Shown: positions 33,915-42,701 of the stretch, one piece after another
How the letters are laid out: each line of letters starts with the position of its first letter
How positions within the stretch are numbered: position 1 is the stretch's first letter
Assembly (NCBI GenBank): GCA_014143165.1
Contig: GCA_014143165.1_4843.1
Length of the DNA stretch: 45,838 nucleotides
Strand: one strand, 5' to 3'
DNA from: a phage
Notes under the pieces: model-generated
The model's database searches: none
What the model was told of the DNA's origin: nothing
Seen by the model: only the letters and a program-made list of their open reading frames with translations
Position numbers and translations under genes: made by a program

Positions 33915-34382
33915 CTATTCACTTTTAGCCAGGGTTTCGAATTGCTGGTTGGTCGTGTCGCAATGGGTATCAGTATCTTTTGCATCACCGCTTAACTTTG
34001 CGTGCAAATGGATAACGCGCCAACCTCTACTAATCCAGTCATCTGCAATACCCTTGCTGCGAGTTATTGCTGGAATGCCAAGTCCATTATCATAATGAAT
34101 CCATGCCATTGGTTCATTGCTATAAGCGTTACGAAGTTTCTGTATCTCATCATCCATAGACAAAAACTTCTCGTGTGCCAATTTGACAGCTGCATCCGCT
34201 TTTCTCATTGACTCCATAGCTAATTCATTCTCAGCTTCCAGCGCCGCGCATTTGGCTTGCAGCGCCTCGTAGTCACGGTGCCTTACATAAATACCATCAT
34301 CCGAAAGTTCCATTCTGGCTTCGCTAAGGTTGCAATTACCATCCATATCGCCAACAAGGTCATAACGCTTAACTTCACTCAT
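33915..34382 (-). CDS. hypothetical early protein
   Basis: 155-aa ORF. Confidence 0.4.
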   Translation of the reverse strand: MSEVKRYDLVGDMDGNCNLSEARMELSDDGIYVRHRDYEALQAKCAALEAENELAMESMRKADAAVKLAHEKFLSMDDEIQKLRNAYSNEPMAWIHYDNGLGIPAITRSKGIADDWISRGWRVIHLHAKLSGDAKDTDTHCDTTNQQFETLAKSE

Positions 34383-34617
34383 ACCCTAACCCCCCATAAT
34401 TTCTTCGTAATAGCTATCTTCTTCAAACTCAATCTTTGCGATTTTGAATGCATCCTCATCGGTGATGTCAATCGCTTTGAATTTGCACTTCGCCAGCACG
34501 ATGCAGCCAGACAGGATTAGCCACTTATTCCACCAGCGAACTCGCTTAATTGCCTTGCTCGCATACATTTTGTTCTGTACAAACCAGAGCTCGTATGTTT
34601 TTACTTTTGCCATATCA

Positions 34618-35267
34618 TCACCCTATTTCACATATCATATAAACTTTCCTCATTAGGCCGTCAAACAGCATTGGGTGTATAGAATCACATAACCCCTTAA
34701 TTTGCTTTGCTTGCTTTATCTTTTCATTCTTCCATGCCTGATGCGCTTCAATCACCGAACTGAAATAGCCTAAAAATACTGTACGACCATTGCCATCACC
34801 TATGTGCGCTTGATAGGCGCCAGAACACTTATTAAATGACACACCTATAGGCAAGTCACCTCTCGAGGCATTCCTTGCTGTCACGAAGTTGTTTAGGTGT
34901 GGAGGCACGTAAACACATGCTTCAGGTGAGTAAGTCAAATTACCCGGAATCAATATATCCTTATCAAGGTGCCACCCTTCAACGTAATGGTTCTTCCACC
35001 ACAAATTAAAGTTTGAAAACATCAGCCACTCATTACAACAAGTAACATTCTCATATGTTTTGTGTTGTTTTTGAATCCATCATCAAAACACCTCCTGAGC
35101 ATTTGATACCATTGGCTATATCCATAATGTTGCACCTTTTTACCATCAACTTTCATCGCAACACCGAAGCCACAATCATTAACTCCAACACCAAATATTG
35201 GCTTTCTTTTTCCTTTCTTTATATCTCTGTTAAGCTCCATTTTTATGGAGAGATTTTTCTTTTGCAT
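34618..35267 (-). pseudogene. HNH homing endonuclease (with AP2-like domain) split by a frameshift
   Basis: Two abutting ORFs, 35022..35267 and 34618..35022, overlap as TGATG. Family-like sequence ...RCFDDGFKNNTK / TYENVTCCNEWLMFSNFNLWWKNHYVEGWHLDKD... continues across frames; both frames are open around the T/A runs at 35058-35072. Confidence 0.5.
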
Positions 35268-36009
35268 TTCTTTTCCTCATGGCCTTTAGTCTGCAATATG
35301 GACAGCAGTACTTCTTGTCACTTCTGCATCCTGGCAACAGGTCTTTCCCGCACATCAAGCACTTCATTATTAATCCTCACAATAAAGATAACACATAGCT
35401 GTTATCATATCAAGATGTAATGCAATCCATTATCACAATAAAACATATCAAAAGTGGTAGCTTTCCTGTTCAGAACACGATAATCAGCTCATCCATTACT
35501 CTGCGCTTACCTTCACCATTAAACACGCGCACAACGCGATTTACACGTATAGATTCCATTGCATTGCGTGCCTGCTTGCTCATAAAGTTCTGCGCGCCAA
35601 CATGACCAAGTTCTTGTTCCAGCTTCTCTCGTCGATAGATAGTCTTTGCCATTTATTGCACCTCGTAAGAATTAGTGATTGCCTTAATGCGGCGACGATA
35701 CCATTGCATGATGTGCTCGTTATGCCAGTTGCTCATTCTGCTACCCCTTGTACCCTGATTTAGAAACTGCCACTGCGATAATGATGAACGCCACGATAAC
35801 AATACTGGCGATAAGTTCTAATGCTGCGCCTGTCATTTGCTTAACCCATACGCGGATATTAAAGCCTGCATTGCTGCGTTCCAGAATGCTTCGGCAAGAA
35901 TGCTGTTGTTTGTGCGCTCAACTGCAATGCGTGCCATAGCCTGAGCATCCTCAAATTCTTCAAGGTCTTTGTTCTTCATCTCTTCAACCTCACTTGTTTC
36001 GATGAGTTC

Positions 36010-36038
36010 AATCTACATCAGATGTGATTCTACGTCAA
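36010..36038 (-). promoter_or_regulatory. sigma70-type promoter (minus strand; TTGACG-17 bp-TAGATT)
   Basis: Minus-strand TTGACG (36038..36033), 17-bp spacer, TAGATT (36015..36010); first gene ATG at 35979 with GAGG RBS. Confidence 0.5.
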
Positions 36039-36252
36039 CACACAGAGAAAGAAAAAGAACGACTAAATGTTAGTGAACGTTAGCTTACATGCATAGTTAC
36101 ATGTATCACTAATAGTAACCTTTGTTTATTACCTCTATAAAGTATATTAAGATCTTCTTTATATTTATTATAGATATTAATACCTTACGCTACAGAAAAA
36201 CGAAAACCAGCAATTAAGCTGGTTATTTTTTAGTGGTTTTTAGTATTTTTTT

Positions 36253-36480
36253 GCTTCCCGGGCTTCCCGTGATTTCTGGTAAGCGTTTTTTTCTTTGTTT
36301 TCAGTAGCTTCGTAGTGTTTTTTGTATCGCTTCCCGCTTCCAAGAAAAATAATTTTTGAATTTTAAAACTCTCAATTTTTTCGAAAATCTTCTCGGGAAG
36401 CGGGAAGTTGGGAAGCGACCACTTAAACCATTGATTTTTCTGTATTTCCGCTTCCCGGGTTAAAATAAACATTGGGAAGC
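36253..36480. repeat. iteron array (GCTTCCC / GGGAAGC heptamers) in an AT-rich intergenic region; putative replication origin
   Basis: GCTTCCC at 36253, 36263, 36329, 36450 (plus GCTTCC at 36336); GGGAAGC at 36395, 36410, 36474 (plus GGGAAGT at 36402); interspersed A/T-rich tracts; sits between divergent early and replication gene blocks. Confidence 0.5.
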
Positions 36481-36647
36481 CAAATTATTGAAAAATAAAG
36501 AAAAGTTGCCACTCTGGAAGCTGTTATACACCTGTTGGAAATTGTTGTCAACAACCCGGAGCCTGGATCAGCTGCGTGGAATATGCTTGCTGATGTGTCT
36601 TTTTTCCTTTATTCTTTTTTTTGCCAAAAACCAAGCGGAGGTGAGTG

Positions 36648-36878
36648 ATGAGCAACGTGAAGAACGACTACAGATTTGGCAGTGCGATTGGCGAGGTCTG
36701 GGATTTTGTGCGTGATATGTTGGTTGGTGAGTGTAAGGAGTTTAACTTTGATGAGTTAACCGCTAATGAAGGATTAAGGGGATTCAGAGTTAACCTTCAT
36801 AAGGTTGCAGTGCGGAACGGATGGATGTTTAAAACACGAGCTAAGGCTGGTGGTTTGTGGGTTAAGCGGATTAAGTGA
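36648..36878 (+). CDS. hypothetical protein
   Basis: GGAGGTGA RBS then ATG 36648; first plus-strand gene after the iteron region. Confidence 0.45.
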   Translation: MSNVKNDYRFGSAIGEVWDFVRDMLVGECKEFNFDELTANEGLRGFRVNLHKVAVRNGWMFKTRAKAGGLWVKRIK

Positions 36879-36889
36879 GGTGTTGGGAT

Positions 36890-37312
36890 ATGAAAAGGTA
36901 CTACATTGAGGCAGTTGGGCCTGATGGTAAAAAGGTGTATGCCAGCGGTAGATGTGGTTTTCTGCATGATTTTACCTATGCCAAGTTTTTCAAAACAATA
37001 GAGGAGGCTGAGAGGTATATGGCGTTGCGGAAGCCGCATCTCCCATGTGAAATAAAATGCAAGGAGCAAAGGGTAAAAAAACGGGCCGCGTCTGTGCGGG
37101 AGCAAAAACCGACAATGGAGGGAGAGGCTCGAAGCTTCGTCTACCGACTTGGTTTGGGTAAGGGAAAGCATTTTGTGTTTGATGATTTTGCGTTGATAAG
37201 GAGTATTGAGCAGTTGAGAATTGCGCTTTCCGTAGTTGGTAAGAAGCTGCAAAAAAAATTCAGTGTCAAGATGGTTGCACGTAATACCGCTTATGTGGTG
37301 AGGGTTAAATGA
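36890..37312 (+). CDS. hypothetical protein
   Basis: ORF in the replication block; start uncertain (36875 or 36890). Confidence 0.4.
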   Translation: MKRYYIEAVGPDGKKVYASGRCGFLHDFTYAKFFKTIEEAERYMALRKPHLPCEIKCKEQRVKKRAASVREQKPTMEGEARSFVYRLGLGKGKHFVFDDFALIRSIEQLRIALSVVGKKLQKKFSVKMVARNTAYVVRVK

Positions 37313-39642
37313 TGATTGGTTATGAAGATTACCGCAAATGTGGCTTCCCTATTATTGGAATCCATGCAATGGATATCGACCGCAATTGCACATGCGGTGA
37401 TCCAGAGTGCAATGCTGCTGGTAAGCATCCGGTTATGAGTAACTGGCAGCTTGGAGTTATATGGGCTGATGACCAGATTGAAAATATGGCTGAATATGGT
37501 CAACTGCAGTCATTCGGTGTCCTTGTGAATGGTTATCTGGTCGTTGATATTGATCCACGCAACGGAGGTAATGATGGATATGAATCTCTTTGTGATGCCT
37601 TAGACGTAGAGCTTGCTGACGAAGCTGGTTTTACGGTTAAGACTGGCGGTGGTGGTCGGCACATCTATTACAAACTTCCTGAAGGAATAAAGCTGCGCTC
37701 TCATGACAGAAGGTTTAAGGGTATTGACTTTAAATCATCTGGTTTTGTTGTTGGCTGTGGTTCTTTTCATAAAACCGGAAACTTTTATGAGGCCGAGCAT
37801 GGATCCCCTTCAGAGATAACTGAATGTCCATCTGAACTTATTGAGCTTTTGTTGCGCCCTGAGAGAACAGAAGACGAGGTTTTCACGCTTGATAGTAAAA
37901 ATTACAGCATTGCCGAAATGGAGGATATGCTCAAATACATCAAAGATGGTGATGAGTATGACCCATGGCTTCATGTAGGTATGGCTATCCACGAAGCTAC
38001 AGAAGGCAATGGTTTTGAGCTTTGGGATAGATGGTCATCGCAGTTCAGCAAATACAGAGCTGAAGAGATGGACGCAAAATGGCACTCCTTTGGAAAGGAC
38101 GGCGTTAGCGAAAAGATAACCGAAGCAACGCTGGTTTATCTCGCGCAAGAGGGAGGGTGGGTAAGGCAAGTAACTTTTGAGGCTACTCCAGAGGAAATTG
38201 AGAAACTTGAGTCTTTCGAGCGAGAGATGGCAATGGGTGTTGGGGAATGCCCTGTAGAGTACAAAAGTGTTGATGTCCGTTATCCCCCTGGATTTGTTGG
38301 TCGCCTTACGGCGTGGATTAATAAGAACTGTGCAGAGAAGCGAGAGAATATTGCAGCACTTGCTGCATTGCACGCTGCATCCATGATTTGCGGTGCGTCA
38401 TCTGATATTTACCTTACAAACAGGAAGGCTTTGCCAAACCTGTTTGCTGTTGGTATAGCTGGTTCAGGTTCTGGTAAGGGTGATGTTCTTGCTGCGCTAC
38501 AAAAGATAATTGATTGCTCAGGATTGAGCAAGACTGTCGCCGGTAAGATACGTTCAGAGCGTGCGATATATGAAGGTCTTTGCGCTAACCAGATGTTTAA
38601 TATCATCATGGATGAGATTGGGATAAAACTTGGGAGTGTTGTTGGTCAGAAAGTAAGCGAGTACAACATGGCAACCGCTGGTGCGATCATGGAGGCTTAC
38701 ACGTCAGAAGTTCTTTATTGTGACCAGCGGGTTACTGAGGATTTCATTAAGTCTTTCGAAAAAAGAAAGGCTATGCTGTTAATGGCTATTGAGGAAAATG
38801 AGATACAGGCAGACCCCGTAGACATTAAGTGTCAGTTTGATGATGTGATAAACAGAATTGACGGAGCTATAAGGAATCCATTTTTTTCAATCTTTGGTGT
38901 GTCTACTGATGATCAGTTTAAGCGACTTATCACTGAAGAAAACATTAAGTCAGGTCTTATGGGTCGCGCAATGATTATGCAGGAGTTACAGGAGATTGCT
39001 GACGAAAACGAAAACGTAAACTACTGTGATCTACCTATGGATATGCAACTGACCATAAAAACAATAATAAATGGCGGAACGGCTGGGCACAAAAACTGGA
39101 CAGACTCAATAATCAGTCAAAAAGAAAGACGGATTATAAAAGCTACGCCTGAAGTTTCTCAGCTCGCTAAAGAGTTCTTCTCATGGATTAAAACCGTTGC
39201 AAGAAAGCATGTAGAAAATGGTACTGGTTATCACCCATTGATAAACAGATGCGCCGTGAAGGTGGCAAAGATTGCTGGCATTCTCGCGTGCGATACTGGC
39301 GTCATAACCATGGAGCACTTGAGATATGCGGTAGCATTAACAATTAAATCAACAAGCGATCTGATGATGCGTGCTGACAGTATCGCCGGAGCGAAGTCTA
39401 AAGCTATGGAAGAAAGAATTGAAGGTATTTTCTCCATGGTTAAAGAATATGTTAAGCGTGGAATGACCAAAACAGCAATGGTTAGAGGGGTAGCAAAAGA
39501 AGGTGGGTATAAACGTGCTGATGTCGAGAGGTGCGTAGAGAAGTTGTTATCAGATGGTATTATTTGCATTGATGAAAATGCAAAAAGAACATCTCACAAC
39601 GTAATAATTTACAAATTAACAAATGATGAGGTTGAGATATGA
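37309..39642 (+). CDS. DNA primase-polymerase (prim-pol N-terminal domain) replication protein
   Basis: N-terminal ...GVLVNGYLVVDIDPRNGG...TVKTGGGGRHIYYKLPEG...FKGIDFKSSGFVVGCGSFH matches the prim-pol fold; 777 aa with a long C-terminal extension. Confidence 0.65.
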   Translation: MMIGYEDYRKCGFPIIGIHAMDIDRNCTCGDPECNAAGKHPVMSNWQLGVIWADDQIENMAEYGQLQSFGVLVNGYLVVDIDPRNGGNDGYESLCDALDVELADEAGFTVKTGGGGRHIYYKLPEGIKLRSHDRRFKGIDFKSSGFVVGCGSFHKTGNFYEAEHGSPSEITECPSELIELLLRPERTEDEVFTLDSKNYSIAEMEDMLKYIKDGDEYDPWLHVGMAIHEATEGNGFELWDRWSSQFSKYRAEEMDAKWHSFGKDGVSEKITEATLVYLAQEGGWVRQVTFEATPEEIEKLESFEREMAMGVGECPVEYKSVDVRYPPGFVGRLTAWINKNCAEKRENIAALAALHAASMICGASSDIYLTNRKALPNLFAVGIAGSGSGKGDVLAALQKIIDCSGLSKTVAGKIRSERAIYEGLCANQMFNIIMDEIGIKLGSVVGQKVSEYNMATAGAIMEAYTSEVLYCDQRVTEDFIKSFEKRKAMLLMAIEENEIQADPVDIKCQFDDVINRIDGAIRNPFFSIFGVSTDDQFKRLITEENIKSGLMGRAMIMQELQEIADENENVNYCDLPMDMQLTIKTIINGGTAGHKNWTDSIISQKERRIIKATPEVSQLAKEFFSWIKTVARKHVENGTGYHPLINRCAVKVAKIAGILACDTGVITMEHLRYAVALTIKSTSDLMMRADSIAGAKSKAMEERIEGIFSMVKEYVKRGMTKTAMVRGVAKEGGYKRADVERCVEKLLSDGIICIDENAKRTSHNVIIYKLTNDEVEI

Positions 39643-40034
39643 TTAATTACAAGTATCTGGTGATGAGAGGTTTGTATGACTATTTTGAGTCAGAAAATCC
39701 TGAGCGCGCACATGATAACGCAATATCCATGATGACAGGAAAGCACCTGATGGAAGTTTACTACTGGAAAATGCCTGTATTCCGCTGCAATATGGGTATC
39801 TGCATTGATGATGACGTACTGTTTTGTCGAATACAATATGAAAACAATGTTGGCATAGTGACAGCATCGTACAGGGATGTTGCAAGAAAATCCGGGAACT
39901 GGCATCCAAGCGAAGTATTTGCTGGTGACGCACTATTTAATTTCTGTAAGGCGTTTGGTGTTTTGTATGAGGATGTAAGCAAAGAGTATAGCGGAAGGCG
40001 TGAGAAAGATAGCTTAAGCTCAAAAGGAGCATAA
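39639..40034 (+). CDS. hypothetical protein
   Basis: 131-aa ORF overlapping the primase stop. Confidence 0.4.
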   Translation: MINYKYLVMRGLYDYFESENPERAHDNAISMMTGKHLMEVYYWKMPVFRCNMGICIDDDVLFCRIQYENNVGIVTASYRDVARKSGNWHPSEVFAGDALFNFCKAFGVLYEDVSKEYSGRREKDSLSSKGA

Positions 40035-40035
40035 C

Positions 40036-40066
40036 AAAAAGCCCGCAAACGCGGGCTTTATTATTT
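40036..40066 (+). terminator. rho-independent terminator
   Basis: GCCCGC-AAAC-GCGGGC hairpin followed by TTTATTATTT. Confidence 0.6.
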
Positions 40067-40303
40067 AACAATCCATTTTGTAACAGCTGGCCTTAAATCT
40101 TCCTTTCTGAAAAATCCACCAGTAAGTTTCTCGGCATCAATTGCTGCTGTAGCGCTAATTCTTCCTCTTGACACCCACTGATTGACAGCCTGTTTTGACA
40201 CACCAAGAAACCTTGCCAGTTGTGATTGCCCTCCAACATAATCAATCAGCTCTGACAGCTTCGTCTGTTCCATTTCTCTTATCTGTTCTGCGATGCTTTT
40301 CAT
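40061..40303 (-). CDS. HTH (Cro/XRE-like) transcriptional regulator
   Basis: ATG 40303 with GAGGT RBS; HTH ...QSQLARFLGVSKQAVNQWVSRG; antisense to the replication genes. Confidence 0.55.
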   Translation of the reverse strand: MKSIAEQIREMEQTKLSELIDYVGGQSQLARFLGVSKQAVNQWVSRGRISATAAIDAEKLTGGFFRKEDLRPAVTKWIVK

Positions 40304-40437
40304 GTGTTTACCTCTGCTATCTGTATGCAGCAATAATGAACTCAAAAAAAATTTTCGTCAAGGTATTGCGTTTACCATCACGTTGACGTATCTTTAAGTC
40401 ACACCAGCGATATGCTGAGTTAAATCGAGAGGACACT

Positions 40438-41280
40438 ATGAGCTTATCAATGATTCAAAAACCAAAACCAGCAGCGCCAATCATAACATTGGTTGGTACT
40501 CCAGGTGTAGGCAAGACAACTCTTGCGGCGCTATTCCCAAACCCAGTGTTTATTCAGGCTGAAGAGATCACTGGTGTTTTTGATGACTGGGATGATGAAA
40601 AGAAACCTGATTCATTTCCTGTTCTGAAGCGCGCTGACGCTAAACGCAAAACAAGCACAAAGGATGATTTGCTGTCACAGCTACGCGCATTAATTACTGA
40701 GGAACATAATTACAAAACGCTTGTAATTGACTCAATCACAAGCCTGCATTCAATGTTTGAGCATGAGGTTTGTGAAAATTACGGTGTTGACAACGTTGGT
40801 TCTGCGGCTGGTGGTTACAACAAAGGATATATTGTTGTTTCTGAAATGCACGCTGAAATAATAAATGCATGTAAGTATCTTCGCAAAGAAAAAGGGATGA
40901 GCATTATTTATCTTGCGCACGCAGGTGTTAAAAAGATGAAGAATCGCCCTGATGCTGATGAATACACTGTTTACACACTTGACATGCATGATGCTTCTGT
41001 TTCTGGTTATGTGAATCTTAGTGATGCTGTTATTTACATCAGGAATGAGGAGTTTGTGAAAGGTACTGAAACTGATAAAAAAGGTCAGGTAACTAAGTTT
41101 GGTAAAGTTGTTCAGACTGGTCAGCGAGTTCTTATTACCTCTGGTGATGGTCGCATTGGGTATGTTAATGCTAAAAACAGATACAACCTTGAGCCTGAAA
41201 TTCCTTTTGAAAAAGGTGAGAACCCGCTTTTGAGTGAGATTAAATATTATGCATCTCTACGAGATAACCAAACAGCTTAA
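40438..41280 (+). CDS. AAA-family ATPase (Sak4-like)
   Basis: Walker A LVGTPGVGKTT near the N-terminus; 280 aa; followed by Gp157-like and DUF669 genes. Confidence 0.7.
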   Translation: MSLSMIQKPKPAAPIITLVGTPGVGKTTLAALFPNPVFIQAEEITGVFDDWDDEKKPDSFPVLKRADAKRKTSTKDDLLSQLRALITEEHNYKTLVIDSITSLHSMFEHEVCENYGVDNVGSAAGGYNKGYIVVSEMHAEIINACKYLRKEKGMSIIYLAHAGVKKMKNRPDADEYTVYTLDMHDASVSGYVNLSDAVIYIRNEEFVKGTETDKKGQVTKFGKVVQTGQRVLITSGDGRIGYVNAKNRYNLEPEIPFEKGENPLLSEIKYYASLRDNQTA

Positions 41281-41728
41281 TGAACTGCTGGCGATGGAGG
41301 ATATTCCACGAGAGCAGATTGAAGATACTATAAACCTTATTGAAGAGGAGTTTGAAGGAAAGGCTGAAATGGTTGCTGCTTACATTCGTGAGCTTGAAGC
41401 TGATGAGGCCGGACTGAATTCTGAGATTGACCGACTTTCTGAGCGTAAGCGTGTTTTAGTTTCGAAGATTGATAATCTTAAGGATTATCTTCGTCAGAAC
41501 ATGATGGCTTCAGGAAAGACGAACATCAAAGGTAAGTTGTTCAGTATCACGCTTGGCAAACCATCACCAGTTCTTGATGTGTTTGTTCCTGTTGAGCAGC
41601 TTCCTGAGCAGTACCGTGTTGTGAAAGTGTCGGCAGATAACGCAGCGATTAAAAATGCGATTAAAGCCGGGATTGAAATTAATGGTTGTGCCATCACCGA
41701 CGGCAAACCGAAACTGATCATCAAATAA
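41249..41728 (+). CDS. Gp157-like protein
   Basis: Coiled-coil N-terminus; position between the Sak4-like ATPase and DUF669 genes; start 41249 (track start 41234). Confidence 0.45.
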   Translation: MHLYEITKQLNELLAMEDIPREQIEDTINLIEEEFEGKAEMVAAYIRELEADEAGLNSEIDRLSERKRVLVSKIDNLKDYLRQNMMASGKTNIKGKLFSITLGKPSPVLDVFVPVEQLPEQYRVVKVSADNAAIKNAIKAGIEINGCAITDGKPKLIIK

Positions 41729-41744
41729 TCGAGAGGACACAAAA

Positions 41745-42266
41745 ATGGGTTTCTGGAATCTTTCTGACGGTAAAGCTGTTGAATCTAAATCTGAATTTGA
41801 GCTGGGTGGTGGTTTCGAAGTAATTCCTGATGGTAGCCGTGTTCTTGCTGCCGTTGAAGAATGTAAAGACGACCAGTGGGAAGGTGAGCGATTCTTCAAT
41901 CTTAAGTGGAGAATCCTTGAGGGTGAATATAAAAATCGCATCATCTTCCAGAAGCTGAAAGTATTTAGCTCTAAAGAAAAGCAGCGAGACAATGCTATCA
42001 CTATGCTTGCAGCAATTGACGCAAACGCTGGTGGAAAGCTGATGGCATCAGGAAAAGAGCCGACTGATTTTGCTATTGCCAGTGCGCTTGCGAATCGCCC
42101 GATGATTCTTCTTCTGCGCGTTTGGGAATCTGAGGATAAGCAAAAAACTGGTAACTATGTGGCTGGTGTATTTGGTCGTCAACAGACAAAAGCAGCACCT
42201 GCTACTAAGCAGTCAGCGCCGTCTAACGAGCCGCCGATGGACTTTGATGATGACATTCCGTTCTGA
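41745..42266 (+). CDS. DUF669-type single-strand-binding-like protein with SSB-type C-terminal tail
   Basis: GAGAGGA RBS; C-terminus ...SAPSNEPPMDFDDDIPF is the canonical SSB acidic tip. Confidence 0.6.
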   Translation: MGFWNLSDGKAVESKSEFELGGGFEVIPDGSRVLAAVEECKDDQWEGERFFNLKWRILEGEYKNRIIFQKLKVFSSKEKQRDNAITMLAAIDANAGGKLMASGKEPTDFAIASALANRPMILLLRVWESEDKQKTGNYVAGVFGRQQTKAAPATKQSAPSNEPPMDFDDDIPF

Positions 42267-42287
42267 TGATTTGATGTTTGTTTAAAT

Positions 42288-42311
42288 GAAGCCCCGTTAA
42301 GGGGCTTTTAA
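42288..42311 (+). terminator. rho-independent terminator
   Basis: GCCCC-GTTAA-GGGGC hairpin followed by TTTTA. Confidence 0.5.
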
Positions 42312-42323
42312 TTGGAGTTTTAT

Positions 42324-42701
42324 ATGTACGAAGTTATCTGTGATTACTGCAATATTGCAACAAGACTAGCTAAAGGGAGTGAAATTTACCCGCACAGACA
42401 AGATCTTTATGCGCTTAATTTCTATCTGTGCGATTCCTGTGGTGCTTATGTTGGTTGCCATAAAAATGGTGATGGAAAAAGGCCTCTTGGAAGGGTAGCA
42501 AATGAAGAATTAAGGAAGGCAAAAAGCAAAGCACATGCTGCATTTGATCCTCTATGGAAATCAGGAAAAATGTCGCGAGGTGCTGCTTACTCTGCATTAG
42601 CTAGTTCGATGGCAATAAAAAAAGATAAATGCCACATAGGAATGTTTGATGTTAAACAATGCGAGTATGTTGTCGAGTGGTGCAAGGAGTTTTGTTTATG
42701 A
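42324..42701 (+). CDS. zinc-ribbon protein (unknown function)
   Basis: GGAG RBS then ATG 42324; CDYC...CDSCGAYVGCH zinc-binding pattern. Confidence 0.4.
   Translation: MYEVICDYCNIATRLAKGSEIYPHRQDLYALNFYLCDSCGAYVGCHKNGDGKRPLGRVANEELRKAKSKAHAAFDPLWKSGKMSRGAAYSALASSMAIKKDKCHIGMFDVKQCEYVVEWCKEFCL

Noticed and set aside
36253-36480. Possible CRISPR array suggested by the repeated GGGAAGC/GCTTCCC units
   Set aside because: Repeats are only 7 bp, occur in both orientations with irregular spacing, and have no cas genes nearby; consistent with iterons, not CRISPR.
36230-36715. Track ORFs 36230..36472 (minus) and 36488..36715 (plus) across the iteron region
   Set aside because: Lys-rich or Leu/Cys-rich translations generated by the A/T runs and repeats; no RBS; better explained as non-coding origin sequence.
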